A DNA stretch of 64,000 nucleotides. It comes from Clostridia bacterium. Lineage in GTDB: Bacteria; Bacillota; Clostridia; Peptostreptococcales; Acidaminobacteraceae. The notes under the pieces are model-generated. The model made no database searches. It was not told where the DNA came from and was given only the letters and a program-made list of their open reading frames with translations. A program made the translations under genes and the position numbers. The stretch lies in the NCBI GenBank assembly GCA_014859095.1, contig JACUUV010000004.1, forward strand, positions 17,390 to 81,389, read 5' to 3'. Positions 17,543-25,848 of the stretch are shown piece after piece (position 1 is the stretch's first letter; each line of letters opens with the position of its first letter).

Positions 17543-18760
17543 CTAGTGAATGGATATGCTGGTGGGGTTCGAAATCAGACGACTTTTAAGTGCATCCGGA
17601 CTGATTCGATAAGTCTCATTTTTTAATTGATCAATCACTTTGATGAACCCATCATTAAAATCTAGAATTTGATTCACCGATTTGAAATAATCACTTTGAA
17701 GTGCGATGCTGTAATCCTTTGGTCGCAAATTGAATTTGACTGAAAATCCTTTTGTCCTTAGCCAATTCGAGAAATCTAGTGCGGGACTGAATAGTTCCTC
17801 ATCGTAAATGAGTACGAAATTGGTTCGATCAATGGTCATGGTATTTTTCATTTTAATCACCTCAATTATATTTTTTATATCTATTGCTCCACCACAGGCT
17901 TCAAATTCATATCCAAAATGCTTTGATAGATCATCGTATCGGCCCCCTTGAGCAACCGTTTTGCCGGTATCAACAGAGTAAACTTTGAAGAGAGGACCTG
18001 TGTAATACGATTTTGGGTGGGTCAGGCATAGATCCAGTGCAATTTTATTCTTTGTGATTTGCTCACTGTCCAAATCTTGGATTCTATTGATAATACTTTC
18101 AAGTTGGTCCAGTGATTCAACCAATTTAGGCGTTGTTGCCAATGTTTTGGCTTTTTTTATTACTTCAATAGGTGATCCTGTAAGAGCCAATAGCTTCTCA
18201 AGTGATTTTCTTTGATGCAGTGATAAATCCTTTATGGACTCTACTGATCTTTTTCTAAGCGCTTTTTCAATATCCGGAAGATCGGTATCTGAAAAGTTAA
18301 GGGATTTGATCAGCTCAGCAGTAAAAAAGATATGTCCGATATCCAGATGGATATTTTGGACTCCAAGCTTATTGAGCACCATGCAGTTGAGGAGGATGAT
18401 TTCAGCGTCGCTTTCTGTTCCTGAATTGCCATAATACTCGAAGCCACCTTGAAGCGATTCCTTTAAGCCAATCGGTGCTTTGTGATCGAGTGTCACGATG
18501 CTCGATTTGTAATAGGTTTTCAGGTAACCATCACAAAGTGGAGCAATCTGCTTAGTGGCATGTGGAGTCGGGTCGCTTTTGAGTGAGAGCAGATCTCCTG
18601 AGGGAGCCATTATTTTCACTGCACCTGTGTCCATTTTGTGATTGTATTTTCCGAAAGTCTCAGTGAAGACTGCTTCATAGCCGTATGATTTGGCAATTGT
18701 TTCTAAAGTTTGAAAAATATGGTTGGTCAGGGTAAATTCGTTTGCATTCAGATTCAGCAT
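17543..18760 (-). CDS. hisZ: ATP phosphoribosyltransferase regulatory subunit (HisRS paralogue)
   Basis: HisRS-like class-II fold without an anticodon-binding function (...LKSDPTP..., YYTGPLFKVY, GGRYD.L). It is the first gene of the operon, directly upstream of a short-form hisG. Confidence 0.85.
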   Translation of the reverse strand: MLNLNANEFTLTNHIFQTLETIAKSYGYEAVFTETFGKYNHKMDTGAVKIMAPSGDLLSLKSDPTPHATKQIAPLCDGYLKTYYKSSIVTLDHKAPIGLKESLQGGFEYYGNSGTESDAEIILLNCMVLNKLGVQNIHLDIGHIFFTAELIKSLNFSDTDLPDIEKALRKRSVESIKDLSLHQRKSLEKLLALTGSPIEVIKKAKTLATTPKLVESLDQLESIINRIQDLDSEQITKNKIALDLCLTHPKSYYTGPLFKVYSVDTGKTVAQGGRYDDLSKHFGYEFEACGGAIDIKNIIEVIKMKNTMTIDRTNFVLIYDEELFSPALDFSNWLRTKGFSVKFNLRPKDYSIALQSDYFKSVNQILDFNDGFIKVIDQLKNETYRISPDALKSRLISNPTSISIH

Positions 18761-18770
18761 ATTGCCTCCA

Positions 18771-18809
18771 AAATAAAAAAATCATGTAGTGAGCGAACAC
18801 CTACATGAT
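18771..18809 (-). terminator. second terminator-like hairpin of the his leader, abutting the hisZ SD
   Basis: Minus strand: ATCATGTAG-(11 nt)-CTACATGAT followed by TTTTTTTATTTT, then GGAGGCAAT-ATG(hisZ). Confidence 0.55.
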
Positions 18810-18813
18810 TCTT

Positions 18814-18883
18814 AAAAATAAAAAACCACCATTAGATGCAAGCTCATTTCAAAGAGAAACAGAGCTTGCATGCCATGGTGGTC
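18814..18883 (-). terminator. his attenuator terminator
   Basis: Minus strand: GACCACCAT-GG-CATGCAAGCTC (16-nt loop) GAGCTTGCAT-CTA-ATGGTGGT followed by TTTTTATTTTT. The stem is 8 + 10 bp and interrupted. Confidence 0.75.
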
Positions 18884-18918
18884 TAAGTTTATATTAGACA
18901 CTAATGGTTACAAACCCT

Positions 18919-18972
18919 CTAATGGTGATGATGAAGTTGTGCGGAAAAAGCAATTTCAAATTTATTAAACAT
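18919..18972 (-). CDS. his operon leader peptide (hisL-like), MFNKFEIAFSAQLHHHH
   Basis: ATG 18972 is preceded by SD AGAGGTG. The 17 codons end CAT CAT CAC CAT TAG. The ORF lies between a consensus promoter and a terminator, directly upstream of hisZ. Confidence 0.7.
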   Translation of the reverse strand: MFNKFEIAFSAQLHHHH

Positions 18973-18996
18973 ATCGCACCTCTTGTCTTTTTTAGA

Positions 18997-19025
18997 ATAT
19001 TAACACATGATTGGAGGATTGTCAA
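18997..19025 (-). promoter_or_regulatory. sigma-A promoter of the his operon
   Basis: Minus strand reads TTGACA (19025..19020), a 17-nt spacer, then TAATAT (19002..18997). Confidence 0.7.
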
Positions 19026-19081
19026 CTCCATGGTATAATTAAAATATCAAATCGGGAAATGTCCCCAAATTTTGCGGAAAA

Positions 19082-19472
19082 ATGTGGCTTGCTCCCGGAA
19101 TGTCGATGGAGGACATCACGACACTGAAGTCTGCTGGTTTGATGCACGATATTGGTAAAATTGCCATTCGTCTTGACTTGTATGATAAAGAAACGTCTTG
19201 GACCCCCGCAGAGCGCATGGAAATAGGAAGTCACTCCGAAGTAGGCTATCAACTTCTCAAATCCATCACGGAGACAACGAGGCGAACATATCCCTCTTGA
19301 ATCGAGAATCATTGCGATTGCGAATTTTTATGATACAATTGTTAGGTAACATATGGATAGTGGCTCGGGTGATAGGCAATTTTTGATCAATGAACTTGAA
19401 AAAGCAAAGGGAAAACAATTGGATCCGGTACTAGTAGAAATTTTCATAGAAAAAGTATTGAATAGAAAGTAG
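19082..19472 (+). pseudogene. decayed HD-GYP (HD-domain phosphohydrolase) gene remnant
   Basis: Three frames carry consecutive HD-GYP pieces: ...AGLMHDIGKIAI...EIGSHSEVGYQLLKSI (stop), then HIPLESRIIAIANFYDTIVR (stop), then ...ELEKAKGKQLDPVLVEIFIEKVL. The N-terminal part and the HHE...GYP segment are missing. Confidence 0.7.
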
Positions 19473-19477
19473 GAAAA

Positions 19478-20965
19478 ATGGAAAATAGTTTTAATAATCT
19501 GGGGTTATCTGACAACATATTGAAGTCTTTAAACGAAATGGGTTTTACTGAACCAACCGAGGTTCAAAAAAGGACGATTCCCCGAGTCATGAGCGGTGAA
19601 GACCTGATTGTGATGTCGAAGACGGGAAGTGGAAAAACCGGAGCATTTGGTATTCCAATGCTTGAAATCATGAAAAAAGATAGCGAGGGACCTCAGGGAC
19701 TCATTTTGACTCCTACAAGGGAACTGGCCGTCCAAGTGGATACTGACATCAAATTGATGGCGAAATTCACAGACATAAGAACGACAGTGGTTTACGGTCA
19801 ACACAGCATGGTAAAGGAAGTGGAACAACTCAAAAAAGGAATTCAAATCGTTACGGGTACTCCTGGCAGGGTGTTTGACCATATCAGACAAGGCAATCTG
19901 AATATGAAAAACATAAAATTCCTTGTATTGGATGAGGCGGATCGTATGCTTGATATGGGGTTCATCGATCAAGTGGTGAAAATCATCAAAACGGTTCCTA
20001 AGGAAAGGGTCACTCTTTTATTTTCAGCAACGATTCCGCAGGAGATTCAAAAGCTTAGCAGACAATACATGAAAGAACCTTTCGTCGTGGAAATCGAATC
20101 CGATACATTGACGGTGGATTCCATTACACAAATTTATTATAAAGTGGAAGCCAATGAAAAACGCAAACAGCTGAATCGTCTTCTGACTGTGTTGCAGCCT
20201 GAGAGTTGCATCGTGTTTTGCAATACCAGATATGCAGTGGATAATATCAATGAGTTCCTCACGCGCAAAGGTTACAGTTCCAAAGCTTTACATGGTGCAA
20301 ACACCCAAAGCAACCGTATGCGATCCATTCAGCAATTCAAGAAAGACGCTTTTCAAATTCTGTGTGCAACGGATGTCGCCGCCAGAGGGCTACATATAGA
20401 TGACTTGTCATTGGTCATCAATTATGATGTGCCGTTGGAGAAAGACAGCTATGTCCATAGAATAGGGAGGACCGGTAGAGCCGGTCATGGAGGCAAAGCC
20501 ATAACTCTAGTCACCAAAGATGATTTATTCACTATGTATGAGATTGAAGAGCATGTGGGTGTGCTTATAGAAGAAGGAACGCTTCCAACTGATGAGGAAG
20601 TCGCCAAGGCTCCCCGTCAAAAGATAAAAGTTCAACCGGAAAAAGCATCCACCACGAAACCTGTTTATACTAAACCCGCACATGGAAAGCCTGCACAAGG
20701 AAGATCTACTCATTCAAAAACAGAGCAGGCAAAACCTGTGCAGGCAAAACCTGTGCAAGCAAAACCTGTGCAAGCAAAACCTGTGCAAGCAAAACCAGAT
20801 CAAACTAGACCTGTGCAAGCAAAATCACCGGTCCAGCCAAGACCCGGTTCAAATGTTGATGTTAAAAAAGCTCAGCCCGTCAAGAATGTAGAGCCAGTTA
20901 AGGTAGAACCAGTTCAAAAGAAGATTTCATTGATTGACAAAATAAAGAAGGTTTTTGAAAAATAA
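19478..20965 (+). CDS. DEAD-box ATP-dependent RNA helicase with repetitive basic C-terminal tail
   Basis: Q motif (F..PT.VQ), Walker A (SKTGSGKT), PTRELA, DEAD (VLDEADRMLD), SAT and HRIGRTGRAG. The C-terminal tail has KPVQA repeats. Confidence 0.9.
   Translation: MENSFNNLGLSDNILKSLNEMGFTEPTEVQKRTIPRVMSGEDLIVMSKTGSGKTGAFGIPMLEIMKKDSEGPQGLILTPTRELAVQVDTDIKLMAKFTDIRTTVVYGQHSMVKEVEQLKKGIQIVTGTPGRVFDHIRQGNLNMKNIKFLVLDEADRMLDMGFIDQVVKIIKTVPKERVTLLFSATIPQEIQKLSRQYMKEPFVVEIESDTLTVDSITQIYYKVEANEKRKQLNRLLTVLQPESCIVFCNTRYAVDNINEFLTRKGYSSKALHGANTQSNRMRSIQQFKKDAFQILCATDVAARGLHIDDLSLVINYDVPLEKDSYVHRIGRTGRAGHGGKAITLVTKDDLFTMYEIEEHVGVLIEEGTLPTDEEVAKAPRQKIKVQPEKASTTKPVYTKPAHGKPAQGRSTHSKTEQAKPVQAKPVQAKPVQAKPVQAKPDQTRPVQAKSPVQPRPGSNVDVKKAQPVKNVEPVKVEPVQKKISLIDKIKKVFEK
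20726..20830 (+). repeat. 15-nt in-frame tandem repeat (7 units, 4 near-perfect)
   Basis: CAGGCAAAACCTGTG x2, CAAGCAAAACCTGTG x2, then three degenerate units. They encode (Q/V)AKPV repeats in the helicase tail. Confidence 0.85.
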
Positions 20966-20969
20966 AAAT

Positions 20970-20998
20970 CAGGACGCATAATTCAAATATGCGTCCTG
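20970..20998. terminator. bidirectional terminator between helicase gene and argH
   Basis: 11-bp stem CAGGACGCATA / TATGCGTCCTG with a 7-nt loop. It is flanked by an A-run (upstream) and a T-rich run (downstream). Confidence 0.6.
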
Positions 20999-21001
20999 CA
21001 G

Positions 21002-22363
21002 TTATTTTTTGCATGATTTTATATGTTCCAGTACGGATTTTTTGCTGGTGGATCCTGTGGATTTTTTACCTTCAATACTTGTGAAAGGCTCAAGAGCTTT
21101 GTAAACACATTCATCGATCAAGTCGGAATAAGTTTTGAGCTCACTAAGAGAAAGTTCTTCAATCGGAATGTTCTTATCAATACAATCCAGAGTTATTTTT
21201 CCTGCAATCTCATGACACTCTCTGAATGGAAGTCCCTTACCAACGAGATAATCCGCCAAATCTGTGGCGTTTAAATACCCTTTCTTGACAGCCATTGCCA
21301 TATTTTCTTTAAGGAAAATGGAGCTGGACAACATTTCAGTGAAGACAGTGAGGCAAATATCAAGAGTTTCTACTGTATCAAAAAGACCTTCCTTATCTTC
21401 TTGCATATCCTTGTTGTATGCTAAAGGCAATCCTTTCATTACAGTCAAAATACCCATCAGGTTGCCGTACACGCGGCCTGTCTTTCCTCGAATCAATTCC
21501 GCTGCGTCAGGATTTTTCTTTTGTGGCATGATACTGCTTCCAGTGGAGAATTGATCGCTGAGTTCAATGAATTTGAATTCTGTACTGGACCAAAGTATGA
21601 TTTCTTCGGAGAATCTGCTGAGATGCATCATAATGATTGATCCGACACTCTGAAGCTCAATGACAAAATCCCTGTCACTGACAGCATCCATCGCGTTCAT
21701 GGAATATTTCGAAAAGCCGAGTTGCTCTTTCAAGTATTCACGGTCAGTCGAATAATTAACCCCGGCTAGTGCCCCCGATCCCAGTGGCATGACGTCTACA
21801 CGTCTTTTTAGATCGTTACATCGATCCAGATCTCTTAAAAACATTTCATAATAAGCCATCAGATGAAATGCCAAAGTGATGGGTTGCGCACGCTGTAAGT
21901 GAGTATAACCCGGCATGAGTGTGTCCACATTCGATTCGCTGATTTCGAGGAGAACTCTCATCAAATCATTCAGTCTTCCTGTCAGATTGTCGAGAGCTTT
22001 TTTCACATATAACCTGAGATCCACAGCAACTTGATCGTTGCGGCTTCTTGCTGTATGAAGCTTCTTGCTCAAACTTCCGACCTTTTCTGCCAACAATGAT
22101 TCAATATTCATATGAATGTCTTCATTTGCGATGGTCAGAACAGCCTCACCTGTCTCGATTTCAGCCTGAATCATCCTTAACGCGGTAATCAGTTCAGACA
22201 GTTCATTTTTTTCAAGGATTCCAATTTGGCATAGCATTTTTGCATGAGCAATTGAGCCTTCTATATCCTCTTCGTACAATTTTTGATCAAATGTAATGGA
22301 AGCGTTGAATTCGTCCATCATATGATGTGTGGACTCTTTGAAACGACCACCCCATAGTTTCAT
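21002..22363 (-). CDS. argH: argininosuccinate lyase
   Basis: MKLWGGRF...., the fumarate-lyase signature ([12 protein letters not shown]), and YTHLQRAQP. Confidence 0.92.
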   Translation of the reverse strand: MKLWGGRFKESTHHMMDEFNASITFDQKLYEEDIEGSIAHAKMLCQIGILEKNELSELITALRMIQAEIETGEAVLTIANEDIHMNIESLLAEKVGSLSKKLHTARSRNDQVAVDLRLYVKKALDNLTGRLNDLMRVLLEISESNVDTLMPGYTHLQRAQPITLAFHLMAYYEMFLRDLDRCNDLKRRVDVMPLGSGALAGVNYSTDREYLKEQLGFSKYSMNAMDAVSDRDFVIELQSVGSIIMMHLSRFSEEIILWSSTEFKFIELSDQFSTGSSIMPQKKNPDAAELIRGKTGRVYGNLMGILTVMKGLPLAYNKDMQEDKEGLFDTVETLDICLTVFTEMLSSSIFLKENMAMAVKKGYLNATDLADYLVGKGLPFRECHEIAGKITLDCIDKNIPIEELSLSELKTYSDLIDECVYKALEPFTSIEGKKSTGSTSKKSVLEHIKSCKK

Positions 22364-23649
22364 ATCGCTACATCCTTTTTATAGTAATTTGCCAAGTCCA
22401 CTTCAGAGTAGCCGCTTTCATAAAGTGATTCATCGGCGTCTACTGTGGCAAGGGATTTGCCGGTCATCATAGATTTTATTTTTAGTGGTAATGTGAAAAG
22501 ATTGATGAAGCCTTCAGCATCGTATTGATTGTAGACATCATCTTCTCCGAAGGTCACGAACTCTTCACTGTACAAGGAATTCGCCGATTGGGTGGCGATG
22601 ACTTGGCAACTTCCTTTGTATAGTTTGAGTTTCACATCTCCAGTTACCAGTGTTTGTGTACTGTCAACGAAAGCATCAAGAGCGATCTTTAAATCTGAGA
22701 ACCATAAGCCGTCGTAGACCAGTTCCGCATATTTGTTGGAAATCGTCTTTTTGAAGGACATGGTCTGTCGATCCAAAACCAATTTTTCAAGAGATTTGTG
22801 TGCACTGTATAAGATTGTGCCTCCTGGAGTTTCATAAACGCCTCGAGATTTCATTCCGACCAATCGGTTTTCAACGATATCTATGATTCCAATGCCATGT
22901 TGACTTCCCATTTTGTTCAGTGTTTGGATCAACTCGACGGGTTCGTAGGATTTGCCGTTGATTTTTGTCGGGACGCCTTGTTCGAATGAAACGATTAGTG
23001 TTGTGGGAATGTCAGGACCCTTCTCAGGAGCCGCACACCATTTGTAGACTGACTCAGGGTGCGATTGCCATGGATCTTCCAAATTGCCGCCTTCATGACT
23101 GATGTGCCAAAGATTTTCGTCACGGGAATAGATGTCTTTTTTTGTGACCGTCAGTGGTATGTCGTATTGCTCGGCGTATGCGATACAATCCTCACGAGAT
23201 TTGAGTTCCCATGTTCGCCATGGCGCGATGATTTTTAGCTCTGGAGCCAATGCTTTAATGCCCGCTTCGAATCGAACCTGGTCATTGCCTTTTCCTGTCG
23301 CTCCATGCGATATGGCCTCTGCACCTTCCAGTTTTGCGATTTCCACAAGTTTTTTGGCAATCAGGGGACGTGCGAACGCAGTACCGAGCAAATAGTCATC
23401 TTCGTAAACAGCACCTGCTTTTATGCCCTTGTAAAGGTAATCCACCACAAACTCATTTTTGACATCCAATACATATGCTTTACTGGCACCTGTAGCAAGA
23501 GCCTTTTGCCATACTTTTGAGTAATCCTCATTTTGACCGACATCCACACAAACCGCGATAACCTCATAATCAAATTCAACACTTAACCATTTCAAAATCA
23601 CAGAGGTATCCAATCCTCCCGAATATGCAAGTACAACTTTCTTTTTCAT
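22360..23649 (-). CDS. argG: argininosuccinate synthase
   Basis: [13 protein letters not shown] (PP-loop), [14 protein letters not shown], and ...[17 protein letters not shown]. It overlaps the argH start by 4 nt. Confidence 0.92.
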   Translation of the reverse strand: MKKKVVLAYSGGLDTSVILKWLSVEFDYEVIAVCVDVGQNEDYSKVWQKALATGASKAYVLDVKNEFVVDYLYKGIKAGAVYEDDYLLGTAFARPLIAKKLVEIAKLEGAEAISHGATGKGNDQVRFEAGIKALAPELKIIAPWRTWELKSREDCIAYAEQYDIPLTVTKKDIYSRDENLWHISHEGGNLEDPWQSHPESVYKWCAAPEKGPDIPTTLIVSFEQGVPTKINGKSYEPVELIQTLNKMGSQHGIGIIDIVENRLVGMKSRGVYETPGGTILYSAHKSLEKLVLDRQTMSFKKTISNKYAELVYDGLWFSDLKIALDAFVDSTQTLVTGDVKLKLYKGSCQVIATQSANSLYSEEFVTFGEDDVYNQYDAEGFINLFTLPLKIKSMMTGKSLATVDADESLYESGYSEVDLANYYKKDVAI

Positions 23650-23719
23650 AACAGCCTCCTAATTCTCATTTTGTTTTGAGAGTTTATATAATATTTTGTT
23701 TAAATATGCAGTTTGATGC

Positions 23720-23752
23720 AAAAAAACAATCCTTATCAATAAGGATTGTTTT
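23720..23752 (-). terminator. terminator-like hairpin in the argG leader (proximal to argG)
   Basis: Minus strand: AAAACAATCCTTA-TTGA-TAAGGATTGTTTT followed by TTTGC. The T-run is partly within the stem. Confidence 0.55.
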
Positions 23753-23766
23753 ATGATCGAATGCAT

Positions 23767-23790
23767 AAAAAAATCCACATTTCAGTGGAT
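23767..23790 (-). terminator. terminator-like hairpin in the argG leader (distal)
   Basis: Minus strand: ATCCAC-TGAAAT-GTGGAT followed by TTTTTTTAT. Confidence 0.5.
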
Positions 23791-23835
23791 TGATTGCTTA
23801 TTTCAATAATGAATGCACCTGAAATCCTCTGATTT

Positions 23836-24082
23836 CTTGGGACGAATTTCTCCGCGGTACCACCCAAATTAGCTTTTAGCTCTCTCATTATCAGTACGGA
23901 CATGTTGTCGATACTTATTCCCTTTAACGGTGGACATCCGGCTCACCTTACTGATTACTTCTTGTGAGCTGCTTGAAAAAGTTCTCAATATCATTGTTTC
24001 GTATGAGCTTACACCAACCTCATATCGCTGAACCCACGCCAATATATTTTCTTTTTCTCAAACGCATTTAATTATGAACTTA
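23836..24082 (-). promoter_or_regulatory. T-box leader (tRNA-sensing riboswitch) upstream of argG-argH
   Basis: The reverse complement of 23852..23870 reads AATTTGGGTGGTACCGCGG (T-box consensus AAnnnGGGTGGTACCGCG). An F-box-like CCGTTA (23930..23925) and AGAGAG lie upstream. An antiterminator-type helix is present (TTGGG...bulge TGGTACC...CCCAA). Confidence 0.8.
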
Positions 24083-24088
24083 TGATTA

Positions 24089-24117
24089 ATTATACAGAAG
24101 ACTGTATTTCTTGTCAA
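24089..24117 (-). promoter_or_regulatory. consensus sigma-A promoter of the arg leader
   Basis: Minus strand reads TTGACA (24117..24112), a 17-nt spacer, then TATAAT (24094..24089). Confidence 0.75.
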
Positions 24118-24172
24118 CACAAAAAATATTTTTTTTTAGTTTTATGATTTCACCAATCGAGATTTCAGTGAA

Positions 24173-24201
24173 TTGCAAATTCATTACAATGATGATACAA
24201 T
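24173..24201 (+). promoter_or_regulatory. possible sigma-A promoter for the ArsC-family gene
   Basis: TTGCAA, 17 nt, TACAAT, about 35 nt upstream of ATG 24237. Confidence 0.4.
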
Positions 24202-24236
24202 TACTGAAAAACTAACATTATTGGGAGTATAGAGTC

Positions 24237-24575
24237 ATGAATATTCAGATATTTGGCAAGAAGAAATGCTTCGAAACTCAGAAAGCTGAGCGATACTTCA
24301 AAGAGAGACGCATCAAATTCCAGGCAATAGACGTTTCAAAATATGGCATGAGCAAAGGGGAGTTCGATAATATCAAAAGAGTTGTCGGATTGGATGTGCT
24401 ACTTGATAAAAACAATGCGCTTTATTATCAAAAAAATCTGGATAAGATTCGTGGTGCGGAAATGATTCAGGATATCGTGCTGGACAACCCAAAACTATTT
24501 CGGACTCCTATTGTCAGAAATGGGAAGCAGGCTACAGTGGGATATCAACCGGATATTTGGGCAACTTGGGAATAA
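24237..24575 (+). CDS. ArsC/Spx/YffB-family (thioredoxin-fold) protein
   Basis: MNIQIFGKKKCFETQKAERYFKERRIKFQAIDV... shows the single N-terminal Cys and the length typical of the ArsC-family YffB-like group. Confidence 0.65.
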   Translation: MNIQIFGKKKCFETQKAERYFKERRIKFQAIDVSKYGMSKGEFDNIKRVVGLDVLLDKNNALYYQKNLDKIRGAEMIQDIVLDNPKLFRTPIVRNGKQATVGYQPDIWATWE

Positions 24576-24622
24576 TGTCCCATATTTCAGGAATAGGTCT
24601 TAACGACAGAAAGGACCGGATT

Positions 24623-25000
24623 ATGAAAGAATTTCCGTCACTTCAGAAGTTTCAAGAATTACTTGAAGAAATTATCGATGAAATACCGGCAGAGTTTTTC
24701 AATGAGCTGAGCGGTGGCATCATTTTGATGGATCAAGTGAAATTTCACACTGAAAGCAAACCGAAACAACCACTTTGCATAATGGGAGAATATCACAGGA
24801 CTGTACTGGGTTGCCAGATCAGGATTTATTACGGTTCTTTTAAGCACGTTTACAATAATATCGAACCTAAAGATCTATATGGGAGATTGAAAGAAACAGT
24901 GATCCATGAGTTCACTCATCATTTGGAGTACCGTGCAGGACTGAAAGATCTTGAAATAAAAGATAAGAAACGGATTGAATCGTATCGCACTAAACATTGA
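24623..25000 (+). CDS. small zinc metallopeptidase-like protein (HExxH; DUF1025/zincin-like)
   Basis: HEFTHH motif (VIHEFTHHLEYRAG). About 125 aa counting from ATG 24623 (SD AAAGGA). Confidence 0.55.
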   Translation: MKEFPSLQKFQELLEEIIDEIPAEFFNELSGGIILMDQVKFHTESKPKQPLCIMGEYHRTVLGCQIRIYYGSFKHVYNNIEPKDLYGRLKETVIHEFTHHLEYRAGLKDLEIKDKKRIESYRTKH

Positions 25001-25041
25001 TAACGTGGTATACTTAAAGAAAATCCACAAAGGGGATTGAC

Positions 25042-25695
25042 ATGGATCGATTATGGTATTTGTCACAAATAGAAATGTTGGAAGAGTTCACTGACGATGA
25101 GAATATGGCTATGCATGAGATGCTCAAGCAAGTTCAATTCTCAAAGGGTTCGGTTGTTCAACTGCCGAACACGCCACTTGAAGGTTTGTTTTTTATCAGA
25201 GAAGGCAAGCTGAGGCTTTTTAAAATTGATGATAAGGGAAACAACTATACAGTGGGTATTTTAAGTAAAAATTCATTTTTCGGTTGGTCGACCCATTTTT
25301 CATTGGGTACTGAATCTGTAGGCATCGAAGCACTTGAATCCACTATGATTTCAGGTTACGATGCGGAGGCTTTCAACAAATTTCTCATCGAAAAACCTGA
25401 TTTGGTAAATCAGATTCTAGACCTTGTCAGCAAGGGGAAAGTCATCCAAGAAGAGATGCTTGAGTCCATGTCAAAAATGGATTTGAAGTCACGTCTCATG
25501 TATTGGTTGGGTCAGCTTGCTCTTTATCATGGAAGCGATGTGGGCAATTATGTGACCATCAATCTCAAACTGACGCATGAAGATCTTGCACATATGATAG
25601 ATGCCAGTGTTGAAGAGATTAAAAGCAATTTACAGATTCTTGCCAAAGAAGGTGTAATCATATCAGGATTTATGAAAATCAGTTTGAAAAAATAA
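25042..25695 (+). CDS. Crp/Fnr-family transcriptional regulator
   Basis: cNMP-binding-like beta-barrel (...LFFIREGKLRLFKIDDKGN..T.GIL......FG) and a C-terminal HTH (LTHEDLAHMIDASVEEIKSNLQILAKEGVI). Confidence 0.8.
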   Translation: MDRLWYLSQIEMLEEFTDDENMAMHEMLKQVQFSKGSVVQLPNTPLEGLFFIREGKLRLFKIDDKGNNYTVGILSKNSFFGWSTHFSLGTESVGIEALESTMISGYDAEAFNKFLIEKPDLVNQILDLVSKGKVIQEEMLESMSKMDLKSRLMYWLGQLALYHGSDVGNYVTINLKLTHEDLAHMIDASVEEIKSNLQILAKEGVIISGFMKISLKK

Positions 25696-25697
25696 AA

Positions 25698-25726
25698 AAC
25701 AAGAGCGAATTTTGCTCTTGTTTTTC
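25698..25726 (+). terminator. intrinsic terminator after crp/fnr-family gene
   Basis: AACAAGAGC-(loop)-GCTCTTGTT followed by TTTT. Confidence 0.7.
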
Positions 25727-25822
25727 GCGTAGTTAAGTTTCCGAAGGAAACTTATTAGCGGCTCAGCTTTCATTTCGAAAAAGTTTTAGACAAACACTAT
25801 ATAAATATTGTGAAATTTGAAC

Positions 25823-25848
25823 AAGAGCACACTGTGCTCTTTTTTTTT
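25823..25848. terminator. hairpin at the 3' end of the RocB-like gene
   Basis: AAGAGCAC-ACT-GTGCTCTT. The T-run is on the plus strand only and overlaps the stop codon of the minus-strand gene. Confidence 0.4.

Noticed and set aside
18885-18921. UAG triplets at an 18-nt period as a binding site for a HutP- or TRAP-like RNA-binding antiterminator.
   Set aside because: As I recall them, the known HutP sites (UAG spaced by 4 nt) and TRAP sites ((G/U)AG spaced by 2-3 nt, many copies) have quite different spacing and copy number. Only three triplets are present. I kept this as a remark inside the his-leader finding only.
18761-19000. Expected T-box riboswitch upstream of hisZ.
   Set aside because: Neither strand contains the GGGTGGTACCGCG core or an F-box. 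The region instead has a His-codon mini-ORF plus terminators.
20726-20830. Possible CRISPR-like array, because of regularly spaced repeats.
   Set aside because: The units are contiguous 15-mers without spacers. They lie in frame inside a helicase gene, and no cas genes are present.
25727-25848. Possible small RNA gene between two plus-strand terminator-like hairpins downstream of the crp/fnr-family gene.
   Set aside because: I found no convincing -35/-10 pair. The second hairpin overlaps the stop of the convergent RocB-like gene and is more simply that gene's (imperfect) terminator.
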